The notes under the pieces were generated by a model. The model did no database searches. It worked only from the letters and a program-made list of their open reading frames with translations, and was not told the DNA's origin. A stretch of 64,000 nt of DNA from Candidatus Coatesbacteria bacterium. Lineage in GTDB: Bacteria > RBG-13-66-14 > B26-G2 > JAUVZD01. The translations under genes and the position numbers were made by a program. Of the stretch, positions 55,720 to 64,000 are shown in pieces. Every line of letters starts with the position of its first letter. Position 1 is the first letter of the stretch. The stretch spans positions 124,403 to 188,402 of the forward strand of contig JAUVZD010000001.1 of NCBI GenBank assembly GCA_030602715.1. Direction: 5' to 3'.

Positions 55720-57395
55720 CAGTTGAGGAAACTCCAGGAGAAGCCCACCCGATAGAGACGGGGATAGCCGGGTAGTTGACCGTAAGGGGTGATTATGCGT
55801 TTATCCAGCAGGTTTTCAATCAGCATAAAGACCTCCACGGAGAGCACCCGCACCGAGAAACGCAGGTCCCAGAGATGGTAGTCGGGAAGGTCCCCATCGC
55901 TCACAGGACTATATTGATGAAACGGATTTGCGCCTGATGAGTTGTAGGTATGCTCCACGCCACCGTAAAGGCTGAATTTGCCCTTTTTGAAGGAGGGATT
56001 GAAAGCGAACATAGAGTATAGGGCGAATTTGGGCTTTTGGGGGGTGGGATTACTCTGGATGGAGAAGGAATTTGCCAGAAGGAAGTTCGCCGGCAGGCGA
56101 AACTGAAGGAAGCCCAAGCCTCCAACGCTATCACTAGCCTCATCGGTATCGTAGAAGCAAGCCAGATAAAACTGACCGCGATTGAGGAAATATAATTTCC
56201 CGCCGGCGAGCAGAGAATAGCCCTTCCGGCTCTCCCCGTCCGATGGGTGGTGATAATTGAAGCCCAGGTTGGTGAAGAGGTTGATATTCTCCGCGGCGAG
56301 AAGCGAGAGACCGGCGGTGGGCGTAATCCGGTAGTTCTTTTGCTCATCAACTTCCAGTTGGAGCCCGGTCAATAGGTTAAACTTCCGGGTCAGGGATACC
56401 CCCAGACTTGAGAGCGCCCTCCCCTCCCAATCGCCGGAGGGGGAGCTGACAGATTGAAGCGAGCTATACCAACCCAACTTTCCGCCTTCAGGGGAATATA
56501 GTCCATCCAGGCGGATAAAGGGGCTGGAGGTTATCTTATTGTCCACGCTCTCCCGATGGTAGGAGAATTCCCCTCCCAGGAGCCAGGACCCCACCTCCCA
56601 TCTGGGCGCCAGCCACAGACGGGTAAGCCCCAACTCCTCCTTGAGCGGTAGATTTCCCCCCCCACCCCTGCTCACACCGGACCAACTGAATCCCCCGAGT
56701 GAGGAGAAGCGGTCAAAATTGAGGTTGCTGGAGAGGGTCATGTTTCCGCCAGAGTAACTGCGATTGGTTTCGTATCCGCGGAACAGGAGCCGGTTTCCGC
56801 TTACGGTGAAGTCGTAGTGCGGAAGGCTGTAGCTGAAGGCGAATTTGTAGCGCTCCAGGTCAAAACTACCGTCGGCTGCCATAATATAAGCGTCAGCCTG
56901 CTCCACTCTCTGGTGGCGGGTTACTATGTTGACCACCTCAGTGCAGTCGGCGTATAGACCGACCAGCGGTCCCTGATAGACCTCCACATAAGCGATATTC
57001 TCCAGAGGGATGGAGTTGAGTTCATACAAGCCTCCTGAGGACGGCTGCAGGTAAAAGCCGTCAATCATAATGACCGGCTGTTTACCACTATAGCCCTCAA
57101 GCTTTCCGTCACATCCGGGAATCTCCTCGGCCCGGATGCCCGGCAAGGTGTCCAGAAAATCCCCCAGGTTGACATATCCGGAGCGGCGAATCCAATCCCC
57201 TTCTATGCGAAAGCAAGGGAAGGGGAGGGTTCGCTCCATGATCCCAGCGGGGTTTAAGCCGGGTATAGCGGGATACCATTCCCCGAAAAAATCCCGGGGT
57301 GGCTTGGGTTCCAGTTGAGGAGAGATGTAGTCCTGACTTAAGGCGGAACCACAGAGCGCCAGGAAAATGATGAGGATGTTTACCGCTTTATTCAA
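55719..57395 (-). CDS. Outer-membrane plug + beta-barrel protein (TonB-dependent receptor-like)
   Basis: Signal peptide; plug motifs (I.RSG...L.D.L..LPG, IDG, I..VEV..GP); ENLLD; C-terminal R.GFSWSF. Confidence 0.65.
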   Translation of the reverse strand: MNKAVNILIIFLALCGSALSQDYISPQLEPKPPRDFFGEWYPAIPGLNPAGIMERTLPFPCFRIEGDWIRRSGYVNLGDFLDTLPGIRAEEIPGCDGKLEGYSGKQPVIMIDGFYLQPSSGGLYELNSIPLENIAYVEVYQGPLVGLYADCTEVVNIVTRHQRVEQADAYIMAADGSFDLERYKFAFSYSLPHYDFTVSGNRLLFRGYETNRSYSGGNMTLSSNLNFDRFSSLGGFSWSGVSRGGGGNLPLKEELGLTRLWLAPRWEVGSWLLGGEFSYHRESVDNKITSSPFIRLDGLYSPEGGKLGWYSSLQSVSSPSGDWEGRALSSLGVSLTRKFNLLTGLQLEVDEQKNYRITPTAGLSLLAAENINLFTNLGFNYHHPSDGESRKGYSLLAGGKLYFLNRGQFYLACFYDTDEASDSVGGLGFLQFRLPANFLLANSFSIQSNPTPQKPKFALYSMFAFNPSFKKGKFSLYGGVEHTYNSSGANPFHQYSPVSDGDLPDYHLWDLRFSVRVLSVEVFMLIENLLDKRIITPYGQLPGYPRLYRVGFSWSFLN

Positions 57396-57424
57396 CTTTT
57401 ATGTCAGCTCCCTAAATTTGTGCA

Positions 57425-57453
57425 AATATAGCACGCAGGCTTATCCATGTCAA
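57425..57453 (-). promoter_or_regulatory. Putative sigma70 promoter
   Basis: TTGACA-N17-TATATT. Confidence 0.6.
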
Positions 57454-57484
57454 AAAGAAAAAGCCCGGCAATGTGCCGAGCTTT
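57454..57484 (-). terminator. Intrinsic terminator after btuB
   Basis: AAAGCTCGGCA-cat-TGCCGGGCTTTTTCTTT on the minus strand. Confidence 0.8.
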
Positions 57485-57527
57485 GTCCAAGGTGGAAGAT
57501 GCACCGATTTTGTTTTGAGGTAGGAAT

Positions 57528-59387
57528 CTAAAATTTGAAACCTCCAGAAATGTAAAACTGTCTTCCGGGCATAGGATAGTCATAGACCTGCTGATACTGC
57601 TGTTCGGTCAGGTTCTCCACCCGAAGCTCACCGAAGAAGGGCGAGAAGTCAACCCGTAGTTTGGCGGAAAGTAAGGTATTTTGGGGAAGCTCAGTGGTCA
57701 CATATTGGAAACTGCTCATATCAAAATATGTGGCGTTCTGTGCAGAGGTGTAGTCCGCCCCCAATCCGATGGTGAGCTGAGACCCTCGTAAGGGTCTGCT
57801 CGTCCACTCAATCTGCGCCCGAATTAGATGGCGGGGATGGTAGTCCAGCCATTCGCCCTCCCCATCGGTCATATCGTTATACGAGTAACTCCCCTCAAAT
57901 GAGAGACCGTATCCCATCTCCCACCAGGTGGATAGTTCTCCGCCCAACGACCTGGCCTCGGCAATATTCTCCGGTGGCCAAGGCCAACCGCTGATCAGGT
58001 CTTCATAGCGCTGATAGTAACCGGTCATGCTCATACCCACTGTGGTCAGAGGACGCAGTTCCACCCCTCCTTCCAACGCCCAGGAGTGCTCCGGGGTCAG
58101 GTTGGGGTTTCCTCCCCCTCCAAAATAGGGGTCCACGGGCCAGTAGAGCTCGGTCATAGTCGGGGCGCGGAAACCCCGGGCATACGCCCCCCGCAGGGAG
58201 AGCCACTCGCTGAGGGCATACCTCGCGCCGATTCGGGGGCTGACCTCTCCCCCCCACTGCTTATGCTTGTCATAGCGCACCCCACCGACCAGTTCCAGGG
58301 GACCATACTTGAACAGGTCCTGAATCAGCAGGGCATAGTTTCTCCCCCACTGTTCTCCGATGTCGGTGCTTATCAGGTAATCGTCGCAAAATTCGCCACT
58401 AAGAAGAACCTGTTGGTAATAAGGTAGGCTGATGTGAAAGTCGGCTATTGCCCCGGTGGTGGTCAGTTGGTGATCGCTCTCCGTCATCCACATTTCGCTC
58501 TTATAGAGGCGCTCACTTTGGCGGCGATAGACGGTAACATCGGCTTGGGCATGGGACCAAAGGGGGAGGCTTGCTCCGCAGTAGAACATCTGCGCCCAAT
58601 CCCATTGCCGGGCGGTTGCATCCTCCATAGAGAGCGGACCGATGACCCCCAACTCGCCGATACCCTTAGTGGTGGCGGCGAAAATCCGCCCGTCTCTCGG
58701 CAGGTGAAAGTCAATCCTGAATGAGCCCCCCATTTTTTCAAGGTCGCTGTTCCCCCTGAAACCGTCATCGTGGTGGGTGGTAAAGGCGCCATTTAAGGAT
58801 AGATATTCCCCGAACCACTTGACATTTGCGGAGGTGGAGTAGTGGTTGTCGCTTCCCAGGGTGGTGGAGAAAGTTCCGTGAGGCAGCCCGTCGCCGTATA
58901 TGTCCAGCGGTAGATTGACCAGATTTATTACTCCCCCCAGAGCGTTGGCACCATAGAGGGCGCTCGCCGGTCCCCTCAGAAGCTCCACCTGGCGAATCCC
59001 TCCCAGGACAACGGTGTTGAGGTCAACATCCCCGCCGAAGGCTGAATTTATGGGGATACCGTCATAAAGCACCAATACCTGATTGGCGGATGAGCCCCGC
59101 ACCGCCAGACTGCCCACCGTGCCGGCGCCGCCGTATCTGCGCAGGTCTATGCCGGTCTCATCCCCCACCACATCGGCTAAGTCCTGGTTGTCCGCTATCT
59201 CCTCCCCGGGGATGATAGCTACATCAAAAGGACTGTCCTGCGGATGGCTGGGCAGACGGGTGTCTATGACGATTAGGGGCTCCATCTGATAGATAATTTC
59301 CTCCTGGTCATACTCGTCGGCATACGACCAACCTGGAATGAGGGACATCATCATTATGAACAAAAGAGCTGAAGTAAGCGACTTCAT
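57528..59387 (-). CDS. btuB: TonB-dependent receptor, BtuB-like
   Basis: Plug (VRGSS.NQVLVL.DG.P.N, VE.LRGP.SALYG..A.GGVIN), FRAP...LY, GNP.L.PE, VENL, PGR, terminal F; in a riboswitch-controlled operon. Confidence 0.85.
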   Translation of the reverse strand: MKSLTSALLFIMMMSLIPGWSYADEYDQEEIIYQMEPLIVIDTRLPSHPQDSPFDVAIIPGEEIADNQDLADVVGDETGIDLRRYGGAGTVGSLAVRGSSANQVLVLYDGIPINSAFGGDVDLNTVVLGGIRQVELLRGPASALYGANALGGVINLVNLPLDIYGDGLPHGTFSTTLGSDNHYSTSANVKWFGEYLSLNGAFTTHHDDGFRGNSDLEKMGGSFRIDFHLPRDGRIFAATTKGIGELGVIGPLSMEDATARQWDWAQMFYCGASLPLWSHAQADVTVYRRQSERLYKSEMWMTESDHQLTTTGAIADFHISLPYYQQVLLSGEFCDDYLISTDIGEQWGRNYALLIQDLFKYGPLELVGGVRYDKHKQWGGEVSPRIGARYALSEWLSLRGAYARGFRAPTMTELYWPVDPYFGGGGNPNLTPEHSWALEGGVELRPLTTVGMSMTGYYQRYEDLISGWPWPPENIAEARSLGGELSTWWEMGYGLSFEGSYSYNDMTDGEGEWLDYHPRHLIRAQIEWTSRPLRGSQLTIGLGADYTSAQNATYFDMSSFQYVTTELPQNTLLSAKLRVDFSPFFGELRVENLTEQQYQQVYDYPMPGRQFYISGGFKF

Positions 59388-60166
59388 ATCCTCCCCTTTC
59401 CCTTTGGAATTAGAACCAACTGTCCTCTATGCCAATCAACATCAACTTCCAATCCGTAAGCTCTGCGGATGTTTTCCGAAGTTATCACCTCCTCCACCGC
59501 ACCGTCGGCATATACCCGTCCGTCGGAGAGGATGATTATGCGGGAGAAGTGGCGAGTGGCGAGCACCAAGTCGTGCATCACCGCTAAAAGACAGCGGGAA
59601 CCGCTTGCCCTCTCCTTCACCAGATGAAGAATCTCCTCCTGATAGCGCAGGTCCAGGTCGGTGGTGGGCTCATCCATCAGTATCAACGGTGCCTGCTGAG
59701 CCAGCGCCCGGGCAAGAAGCGTCCGCTTAAACTCCCCCCCGGAAAGCTCATTCAACCTCCGCTGAGCTAAATCCCCCAGACCACAGCTCTCCATCACCTG
59801 ATGGACTATGCGACGGTCTCGAGCCTCATATCCCCAGAAACCACTCTGAGAGTAACGACCGGATAACACCAGCTCCTCCACACTGAACTCGGCATTCCTG
59901 GGGTTCTGCTGGGGCACCATAGCAACCAGACGGGCGGCTGTCTTGCGGGAGAGCCTGTGCGGTTGGCAGACCCTCCCGTTGAAGGTGAGCTTGATGTTCC
60001 CGCTATCTGGTTTGAGTAGACCGCTGACCAACTTCAGCAGGGTGGATTTCCCGGCACCGTTGGGACCGACGATAGCCACCATTTCGCCCTCGCCGACATC
60101 AAAGGTCACACCGTCTAACACCGGAGAACCGTTATAGCTGAAGCTGACTTTATTCAGTTCTATCAT
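59384..60166 (-). CDS. btuD: ABC transporter ATP-binding protein (cobalamin/siderophore type)
   Basis: GPNGAGKS, VPQ, LSGGE, DEPT..LD, HD. Confidence 0.85.
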   Translation of the reverse strand: MIELNKVSFSYNGSPVLDGVTFDVGEGEMVAIVGPNGAGKSTLLKLVSGLLKPDSGNIKLTFNGRVCQPHRLSRKTAARLVAMVPQQNPRNAEFSVEELVLSGRYSQSGFWGYEARDRRIVHQVMESCGLGDLAQRRLNELSGGEFKRTLLARALAQQAPLILMDEPTTDLDLRYQEEILHLVKERASGSRCLLAVMHDLVLATRHFSRIIILSDGRVYADGAVEEVITSENIRRAYGLEVDVDWHRGQLVLIPKGKGRI

Positions 60167-61215
60167 CCCCGCATCCTCCGAAAATAGATGAAGAGGAAAT
60201 ACGGTGCTCCGATGAAGGCGGTGATGACACCCACCGGCACGATGGGTATCGCCAACCGTTCAAGCAGTAGCCGGCTCACTCCGTCTGCGGAAAGGATGAT
60301 AACCGCACCCATGAGCGCTGATAGTGGAAGCAGGCGACGAGCCCCACTTCCCACCAGCCTGCGGGCGGCATGGGGCACCACGATGCCCACGAAGCCGATC
60401 AGACCGCTTACCGCCACCACCATGGCGCAGGAGAGGGATACGATGGTGAAAATTGCCAGGCGAACCTTCCCCACATCCACCCCGAGGTTCAAGGCTTCCT
60501 CCTCGCCCAGGGATAGAATATCCAGCTCCCGCCCTAAAAAGAGCAGGGCGAAAAAACCCAGCAGGCTGACCAGAAAGATTGCCAGAAGATGTGGGAAGGA
60601 GATGCTGGGATTGGAGATGTCCCCTAAGAGCCAGAGCAGGACCTGATGCTGGTCCCGCAGGGGAGCCAACGCTAGAAGAAATATTATACCTGCGGAGAGA
60701 AAGGAGCTTACGATTATCCCCCCGATAATCAGCGACACGGTGGATGTATTTCCCCGCCGTCTGGCCAAGCTATATACGATGGTCACCGCCCCCATAGCTC
60801 CCAGGAAGGCAAAGACGGAGACCGCGGATACACCCCAGAAACCCTTCCCCAACTGGAGATAGCTTGCCAGGGTGGCACCGAATCCCGCTCCTGCCGATAC
60901 CCCCAACACATATGGGTCTGCTAAGGGGTTCTGGAGCATGTTTTGCAGGGCGGCGCCGCTGAAGCTGAGGGTGAAACCGACGACTAGAGCGATGCCCAGA
61001 CGGAGGGCGCGGTAAGCAAGAATTGACGGCAGAAGCTGTGGATAATCGCCCGCCGGCAAGCCGAGTATAGATAGTAAGGCATTCCACCCCTGGGCGAGGT
61101 TTCCGGTAGGTCCCATAAGCAGATAGAGGACCGCCAGGGGCAGAAGCACCAATATGACGCCCAGATAGGAGACGACCTTCCCCCTATCTCTTAATTGTTC
61201 TCTTCGTCTCTCCAT
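60163..61215 (-). CDS. btuC: FecCD/BtuC family ABC permease
   Basis: QN..QNPLADPY.LG.S.GA, W.LG, LGEEEA..LGV, G.IGFVG..VPH, PVG..TA..G.PYF. Confidence 0.88.
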   Translation of the reverse strand: MERRREQLRDRGKVVSYLGVILVLLPLAVLYLLMGPTGNLAQGWNALLSILGLPAGDYPQLLPSILAYRALRLGIALVVGFTLSFSGAALQNMLQNPLADPYVLGVSAGAGFGATLASYLQLGKGFWGVSAVSVFAFLGAMGAVTIVYSLARRRGNTSTVSLIIGGIIVSSFLSAGIIFLLALAPLRDQHQVLLWLLGDISNPSISFPHLLAIFLVSLLGFFALLFLGRELDILSLGEEEALNLGVDVGKVRLAIFTIVSLSCAMVVAVSGLIGFVGIVVPHAARRLVGSGARRLLPLSALMGAVIILSADGVSRLLLERLAIPIVPVGVITAFIGAPYFLFIYFRRMRG

Positions 61216-62123
61216 TCTGGATATATAGCCTCAAAAAGTGCCCAACCGCCGTCAATGAGGCGGGGGCTCGCCCTTAGGATAATGTCCGGGTCCAGGTCGG
61301 TTATTATGCGCCGGTTAACCACCGCCGAGATTTCCCCAAAGCCACTACGGGCGGAGACCGTTTGGGCGTCCGCCATCTGGTGCAGGACGATTATCACCTG
61401 GGGGTCGGCGGAGATGACCATCTCCGGGTCAATGCGGGAGTATTCCCGGGGCATATCCTCGGCTATGTTTACCGCACCGACCAGCTCAACCAGCTCGTGG
61501 ACGAAGGAGCCCTCGGCGACGGTCATAATCGGGTCCGGCGAAATCTCCACGAACACCCGCCGCCTTCCATATTTGAGAGCCGCTTCCTCTCCGGCACGCT
61601 TAAGTTCGGCGAAACGAGCTTTGAGCTCTCTAGTAAGACCTCCTGCCTCCTCCTGGGTGCCCAGAAGCACTCCCAGCCTTTCTATGTTGGCATAAAGGTC
61701 GGCGATGCTTCGGGCATAGAAACTTGCCGAGGGTATGTTCCAGGAGGTTAGGCGCTCACCGAAGCTCTTCTGCTCCAAGCCGGTGAGAACGGTGAGGTCC
61801 GGCTCAAGAGATGCGATAGATTCAATGCTGGGATTGGAGAAACTACCCACCAGAGGGAGTTGGGAGAGCTGGGGGGGATAGTCACACTCCCGCACCACTC
61901 CCACCAGCACATCCTGTTTGCCCAGGGCGCAGATTATCTCCCCAGCTTCAGGCGAGAGGCAAACCACCCGTTTTGCCGGTTCCTGCAAGCTGACTGAAAT
62001 CCCCCGGTCATCGGTTATGGTGAGAGGAGAGGCTTCCCCCTCAGCCTCTCTCGCTTCTTTTCCGCATGCGACGGCGAGAGCAAGGCAGACAGCAATCATA
62101 AAGGTCTGCAAGTTCCGCTTCAA
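61191..62123 (-). CDS. btuF: Cobalamin-binding periplasmic lipoprotein
   Basis: Lipobox AVAC, DD.G, RVV.L.P, E..I.ALG, CDYP, P.IE.I..L.PDL, R.SPR. Confidence 0.88.
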   Translation of the reverse strand: MKRNLQTFMIAVCLALAVACGKEAREAEGEASPLTITDDRGISVSLQEPAKRVVCLSPEAGEIICALGKQDVLVGVVRECDYPPQLSQLPLVGSFSNPSIESIASLEPDLTVLTGLEQKSFGERLTSWNIPSASFYARSIADLYANIERLGVLLGTQEEAGGLTRELKARFAELKRAGEEAALKYGRRRVFVEISPDPIMTVAEGSFVHELVELVGAVNIAEDMPREYSRIDPEMVISADPQVIIVLHQMADAQTVSARSGFGEISAVVNRRIITDLDPDIILRASPRLIDGGWALFEAIYPEWRDEENN

Positions 62124-62136
62124 TTGTAGCTCCTGG

Positions 62137-62163
62137 AAAAAGCTCCACCCTCATGGGTGGAGC
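62137..62163 (-). terminator. Riboswitch expression-platform terminator
   Basis: GCTCCACCC-atga-GGGTGGAGC-TTTTT just upstream of the btuF RBS. Confidence 0.75.
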
Positions 62164-62219
62164 CCGCTCGGCAAAGCAAAAAGGCAGAATCCTTGCCCAC
62201 GAAGGACCTTCCTTCTAAA

Positions 62220-62366
62220 CCCATCGTCCGGTCTCCTGACTTGGGGGCTACCTACTATCCCATCCTTCCCAGGGTCTTGACCCCAGTGGAGTTTTTGGGA
62301 TTTCGCTCCCCTTCACAGTGGCGGGGCCGTGACGGAATCTCACCGCACTTCCCGGCACCGACGGGT
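62220..62366 (-). ncRNA. Cobalamin riboswitch
   Basis: GGGAAG.GCGGTGAGATTCCG..ACGGCCCCGCCACTGTG, CCACTGG...GGGAAGG, B12 box AAGTCAGGAGACC; upstream of btuF. Confidence 0.93.
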
Positions 62367-62382
62367 AAAGAAATTTTTCCAA

Positions 62383-62411
62383 CTTATATGATAATATCAG
62401 ACGCTTGTCAA
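62383..62411 (-). promoter_or_regulatory. Promoter for the riboswitch-btu operon
   Basis: TTGACA-N17-TATAAG. Confidence 0.65.
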
Positions 62412-62422
62412 GGGAAAACCGC

Positions 62423-63892
62423 TCACATTTTTCGGGCGGCTATTTCATATAATTCAACATATCTTTTTGCCGACTCGTCCCAGGAAAAATCCTGGGCGAA
62501 GCAGTTGTCCGAAAGCTTTTGCCAAAGCTCCCGATTCTGGTGAGCTTTCAGGCATCTGCGCAATGCGGAGAGGAGGGCTTCCCCACTGTATTCGGTGAAG
62601 GTGAAACCGGTGGCTTCCACCTTCGCAATCTCCTCCACATCGGCATCTTCCAGGTTGATGACGGTGTCGGCTAATCCACCTACAGCTCGCACCACCGGCA
62701 CGGTGCCGTAAGCCATGGAGATCATCTGGGAGAGCCCGCAGGGTTCGTAGCGAGAGGGCATGAGGAAGGCATCACAGCCGGCGTAGATGCGGTGGGCTAA
62801 GTCTCTGTCGTAGGAGATGGTGGCTGAACATTGCTTTGGATATTTCCCTGCCAACTTTCGGAATATATCCTCGTAGCGGTCCACTCCGCTCCCCAGCACC
62901 ACCAACTGCGCCCCGGATTCAATGAACTGGGAGGCGATATCGGAGAATATATCAAAGCCCTTCTGCTTGCTGAGGCGAGAGACTACGCCGACCAGAAGTG
63001 GATCATCCCTCTGGGGTAGTGCCACCTCTTCCTGCAGGGCGCGGCGACACTCCGTTTTACCGGCGATATCCTCCCTGCTGAAGTTTTTGGCGATGAAACG
63101 GTCGGTTGCGGGATTCCAGACGCTGTAGTCTATGCCGTTTATCACCCCGTAGAGTTTTTCCGAGATTCGCCGCAAGTCCTTATCCAACCCGAAGCCGAAC
63201 TCCTCGGTCTGAATCTCCTCGGCGTACCGGGGAGAGACGGTGTTTACCACCGGAGCGAGAAAACCCCCCTTTATCATCGCCCAACCATCCCCATCGCCCA
63301 GGAGGTGGTGCTGAAGATATTCCTGTGGAAGACCGGTAGTGGGAAACTTGTCCTTCGGTTGATAACCCTTGTAGCCCAGATTGTGGATGGTAAAGACGGT
63401 GGCGATTCTCCGATAGAAATCCTGACCGCGGTAAAACTCCTGCAGATAGGGCTGAACCAGCCCGGTATGCCAATCGTTTAGGTGCAGTATATCCGGCTGA
63501 AAGCCCCAGTGGGGCAGTCCCTCCAGGAGGGCACGGTTGAACAGGGCGAACCGCTCCAGGTTGTCGGGATACTCCCGGTCGTCCTGGCTGTAGAGTTCGG
63601 GGCGGTCGTAGAAGGGGTCGTAGCCCACCAGAAAGGTGGGAATATCACTTCCCGGCTGGTGGGAAAGATAGAGGTCAACGGAAAGGTTATCCCCTCCGAG
63701 GGGGACGGGGACTCCCTCAGCGACCAGCTCAACTGCTATGCCTTTCTCTCGGATACAGCGGTAGTAGGGTAGTGCTATGGTCACTTCGTGCCCGAGACCG
63801 AGCAGTGCTCTGGGCAGGGAGCCGACCACATCAGCCAGCCCACCTGTCTTGGCGAAGGGGAACACCTCGCTTGAGGATAGAAGGATGCGCAT
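62423..63892 (-). CDS. glgA: Glycogen synthase
   Basis: E..PFAKTGGLADV, H.NDWHT, TIHNL, TVSP.YA.EI, NGID, SRL..QKG, MPSRYEPCGL.Q. Confidence 0.96.
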   Translation of the reverse strand: MRILLSSSEVFPFAKTGGLADVVGSLPRALLGLGHEVTIALPYYRCIREKGIAVELVAEGVPVPLGGDNLSVDLYLSHQPGSDIPTFLVGYDPFYDRPELYSQDDREYPDNLERFALFNRALLEGLPHWGFQPDILHLNDWHTGLVQPYLQEFYRGQDFYRRIATVFTIHNLGYKGYQPKDKFPTTGLPQEYLQHHLLGDGDGWAMIKGGFLAPVVNTVSPRYAEEIQTEEFGFGLDKDLRRISEKLYGVINGIDYSVWNPATDRFIAKNFSREDIAGKTECRRALQEEVALPQRDDPLLVGVVSRLSKQKGFDIFSDIASQFIESGAQLVVLGSGVDRYEDIFRKLAGKYPKQCSATISYDRDLAHRIYAGCDAFLMPSRYEPCGLSQMISMAYGTVPVVRAVGGLADTVINLEDADVEEIAKVEATGFTFTEYSGEALLSALRRCLKAHQNRELWQKLSDNCFAQDFSWDESAKRYVELYEIAARKM

Positions 63893-63910
63893 GGGTGTTC
63901 ACAGAAGGGG

Positions 63911-64000
63911 TTATTGATAATTCTTCAGGATTTCCGCCACCTCTTCCGGAGGGGTGGGGTTGATATAGAAACCGGTTCCCCATTCAAAACCGGCGACTTT
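63911..64000 (-). CDS. galT: Partial (3' end) galactose-1-phosphate uridylyltransferase family protein
   Basis: Reads KVAGFEWGTGFYINPTPPEEVAEILKNYQ*, the typical GalT-family C-terminus; not in the ORF track. Confidence 0.8.
   Translation of the reverse strand, partial: KVAGFEWGTGFYINPTPPEEVAEILKNYQ

Overview
A 64-kb, gene-dense, mostly housekeeping region of a diderm bacterium (LptE, TonB-dependent receptors and a beta-barrel OMP are present), probably an anaerobe or facultative anaerobe; the lineage cannot be fixed from sequence alone. From left to right it holds: a radical SAM/SPASM gene with a small helical partner; polyprenyl synthase and system II cytochrome c maturation (ccsB/ccsA); DUF885-creatininase-nadA-nadC; a peptidase-etfB-etfA-FadF/HdrF module; rsmA-nrdR; an ABC1 kinase; two HU/IHF genes; larA, ssb, HNH-lptE-holA, uvrC and rpsT; a GYF/RDD-TPR-sppA operon; apt and an RpoS-like sigma factor; three tRNAs; the conserved xerD-S2P-trpS-scpAB-rluB-cmk-plsC-ispH-rpsA-der-plsY-gpsA superoperon; a cobalamin-riboswitch-controlled btuFCD-btuB operon; and glgA with the end of galT. 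I saw no CRISPR array, prophage or intact IS. The most unusual signals are (i) a short GC palindrome CCCCGCC-N2/3-GGCGGGG found in frame inside an HU gene (two tandem 27-bp copies) and the sigma factor gene, and once intergenically; (ii) ribosomal protein S1 with a 20 x 13-aa acidic tandem-repeat tail; (iii) two small ORFs missed by the ORF track, one bS22-like; (iv) a CcsA with a signal peptide and extra periplasmic domain; (v) a lipoprotein-type AMMECR1 protein. All calls come from reading motifs by eye; no database searches were run.
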